A stretch of DNA of 64,000 bases from Malacoraja senta (taxonomy: Eukaryota), in the NCBI GenBank assembly GCA_038087875.1, contig JAXLNO010000176.1, forward strand, positions 1-64,000, in the 5' to 3' direction. The position numbers and the translations under genes were made by a program. The first letter of the stretch is position 1; the number at the start of each line of letters is the position of its first letter. The notes beneath the pieces were generated by a model. The model was given only the letters and a program-made list of their open reading frames with translations, had not been told where the DNA came from and ran no database searches. Positions 60,948 to 64,000 of this stretch are shown piece by piece.

Positions 60948-63042
60948 CACCGCGACATGAAGCTCCGGTAAGTTTTTAAAAACGGTCCCGACCTCCAGAC
61001 CCGATTTTAACGCGAAAAATCGCGATTTTTTCAGCGGAGCTAAAAAGTTTGCGACTGCTAGCAGAGCATGTCGCAACACTGCAATATTCTTAGCATAGCG
61101 ATGTCCTACTTAGTAATCCTTTGATATTTTTTCTCCACAAAATGGTCATTTCTTTTCACCACACATAACTGAATGTGAACATGAATTCAGATAGTCGCCT
61201 TCTGCAGACTGATTTAGGCACAAGGTGCTTTCCATGCGGGCATCCATTGCCAGAGACTCTTCAAAACTCTCAGGAGGTTATTTCTGGTTTCTAATCTCTG
61301 ATTATCTCTGAACGTGGATGTGCAGCCCCTGGCATAAATCGATGTGGCATCCGTTAGTCTGCTCAGCATTCCTCCTGCTAAACAGATTGCTTCTGACAGC
61401 TATGCAAGTTGCAGTTAAATTTAACCAGATATAGTGGATGGGCTTTTGTCTTCTGAAATATTGCCAGACATTGCTATTCATTTCTTTTCTGCAATTGTCA
61501 TCACGTCATTTAAAGATATCCAACTCGTGATTCAGTGGGTCAAATGCCCATTATAATTGCCACGGTACTCTGTTTGTTGAAGACCTTTTTACTCAAACCC
61601 ATGACTCTGTAATCCTCTGCAAAGAGAATGTACACTCAGAAATTCAAACTACATGGAAATTATTCAATCGTTTCCCAATTCTAACAAGGACATTTGAATG
61701 TCTGCACAGTAATTTCCTGGGAACACTGTTTGTTTCTCTTTTATCTTCATCTTTTGAAGTTTGATTTGTTCTATTTTAATTTGAACATTTACACTATTTT
61801 GAGGGCATGGCTTCTTGTGGCAATGACAGATATTCACGTTTACAAAACAAGATCCACTTTGTTGCTTCTTTTGAGTCATGATGCGGCTAAAATGGACTGG
61901 GAGTTGTTTGTAAAATAATACTCAGCATAAAATCTCTGCTTATCAAAGTCTAGTCTTTGTTAACAATTCTCATGTTTTCTACCACAAGTGGCGTATGTCC
62001 GGAACCTGCCAACAATTAACTGCGATGTTAGCAGAGATAAAAATGACAAATTTAGGTAACACAATATCAAATATTTATATTGCACTTTCAGCATGATGAA
62101 ATGATCCAAAACACTTCACAAAAACATTAGTAAAGAAACAAAATAATACAATAGAAATAGATATTGGGAAGGCCAAAACCATTGACAAGGAGAGAGATGT
62201 GTAAAGTTAACAGATGATAAGGCATTAATGTGAAATTTCTGATTGAACATAGAACAATAGAGCACAACAACAGACCCTGTTGCCCACTTTGTCTGTGCCG
62301 AACATGACACCAAGGCCATCTCTTATCTACATGCGTAATGCATATTCCTGCATTCCTTGCAAATCCATATGCCTATCCAAAAGCCAAAAGCTGATCTTAT
62401 CTTCGGGCTGATCTTGGGACTTGAAGGCACATGTATCAATGGTGGAACAATGAAAATTGGGGATCAGCAAGATGGCAGAAATTGTGGAGCATGGATATTG
62501 GTGAGGGTTGGGTGTGAGACTGGAGGAAGTTAAGAGAGAGGGAAGGAAGTTGATAAAGGGATTGGAAACAAATGTATGTGTTTTAATGGGAAACATTGCT
62601 GAACTATTAACAAGCACAAGGGTTATGTCTAAGCAGAACTTAGTGAAATTCAGGTCATAACCAGTCGAAAGGATTCCTGTCAATAGTCAGTGGAATATGG
62701 GAACCCTTTCTGGAGAACATTGCGTTGGTCAAATTAGATGAGAAACAGATTCAGCAGCACATAATCCAAGGAAAAGAAAGATACAGACAAGCGATGCCAC
62801 AGAGTATGAGTGATGGTGTGATTGTGTTGGAAGATCAACCTATCTTATGAACACTTTTTTCACCCAAAGACAATGGCTAAAGGGTCGTTGCAAGGATAAC
62901 TAGAAAACAGAAGAGATTGGTTTCAACATCATGAAATGTAATTGATTAAAATCTCTGTTCATTCCACACCGAGCACTCTAAACTAACCAAAATTATCAGT
63001 GAACCCTAACTGGCCAAGTGGCCCAATATCTGATAAAATGCT

Positions 63043-63129
63043 ATTTCCTTCATTTAACTAATCATTTTCTTTCTTGCCAAAAATAGTTTTTTTGGCAAGA
63101 AAGAAAATGATTAGTTAAATGAAGGAAAT
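63043..63129. repeat. Perfect 41-bp inverted repeat with a 5-nt loop
   Basis: atttccttcatttaactaatcattttctttcttgccaaaaa-tagtt-tttttggcaagaaagaaaatgattagttaaatgaaggaaat. Confidence 0.95.
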
Positions 63130-63689
63130 GAATGAATACTAAACTATACTATTAGTTTAGTAGTAGATATGGTAGTATTTTTTTGTCATATTGCTTGACA
63201 TACTTGCTTCAATATAATTTGTATCACACTGATTCCATGGTAATATCCTTCAGTTTATACCACACTTATTGCATGATTTTCAATGAATCAATAAGTCCCG
63301 TACTTTAATTTTCAGTTCTTCTAGCAGTGTTACCATGTTTTATGTTAGGTTACTAATTGGTTCAATTGAACTACAGAAACAAAGCATAGTACATCTCAAA
63401 ACGTTTTGTGCAACAGCTAAGTAGCCGTTAGAAACGCTTGCTTTAGTTGGTTTCATTTTTAATTTTAGATTCGCGAAGAAAGCCTCTAAAAATATACTAT
63501 GTTTGAATACTTGATAATTATTGTCAATGTTAGCTATATTGTGGGGAGCACAACACACTGTTGATAGGGATTTGTTTTCTTCATTCCAACTGAGTTCCCA
63601 TTCCAACTGCGGAACTGTTGAGTACTAAGTAAGTTCCATCATTGGTGCTGGACTAAATCCTAAACCTGCTTAACCAACAGAATAGCGAC

Positions 63690-63868
63690 ATTGGAGACTG
63701 CATATGTTGGAACCTTGAGCATAAATCAAACTGCTGGAGATCAGTGGATCAGGCAGCATCTGTGGAGAGAAGTGGAAATGGGCTGAAGTAGGGTCCCGAC
63801 ACAAAATGTCATCTGTCCATTTTCCTCCACAGATGCTGCCTGGCCCACTGAGTTCCTCTAGCAGTTTC
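63690..63868. mobile_element. Decayed Penelope-derived palindromic repeat
   Basis: Inverted arms ggcagcatctgtggag / ctccacagatgctgcc around ctgaagtagggtcccgacacaaaatgtc. Confidence 0.7.
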
Positions 63869-64000
63869 CTGCTTAACCGACAGAATGCTAGGAGCACTGA
63901 AATCAAATAGACAGCTGGGGTTATAGAAAATGACTCACCAACATACTCTCAAGGCCAATTAGGGAAGGCAATCTTCTTCTTTTCGTGTCCATCTTGTTAC

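Larger units (their letters stand above)
54482..61076 (-). mobile_element. Full-length L1 retrotransposon, apparently intact
   Basis: Poly(A) tail (T run from ~54480), 15-bp TSD CACTGCAATATTCTT at 54467-54481 and 61077-61091, CpG-rich 5' UTR, open ORF1 and ORF2. Confidence 0.97.

Overview
Repeat-rich, non-coding vertebrate DNA. The repeat families (HE1/V-SINE-like SINEs, HER1/CR1-like LINEs, Penelope-derived palindromic repeats) suggest a cartilaginous fish, probably a skate or ray (inference). I could not support any host protein-coding exon. Main contents: (1) two full-length, internally divergent DIRS1-type tyrosine-recombinase retrotransposons (7310-12157 +, 30773-35570 -) with ITR/ICR termini and gag, RT-RNaseH-methyltransferase and YR frames; (2) a full-length L1 with two intact ORFs, a 15-bp TSD and a long, internally duplicated inter-ORF spacer (54482-61076 -); (3) decayed CR1, L2, Rex1/Babar, RTE-like and Penelope pieces; (4) PIF/Harbinger-type MITEs, a P-like MITE and an unclassified element with subterminal inverted repeats. 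Most notable: both divergent DIRS copies carry TAA-CTAG exactly at the Tyr of the RT YLDD motif; both share a splice donor/acceptor layout (leader intron, plus an acceptor where the YR frame opens); both inserted without TSD into an ATTCT core; and short TSD-flanked Penelope-derived palindromic units carry minimal hammerhead-ribozyme-like cores. All alignments were made by eye and all family names come from recognised motifs, not database searches.
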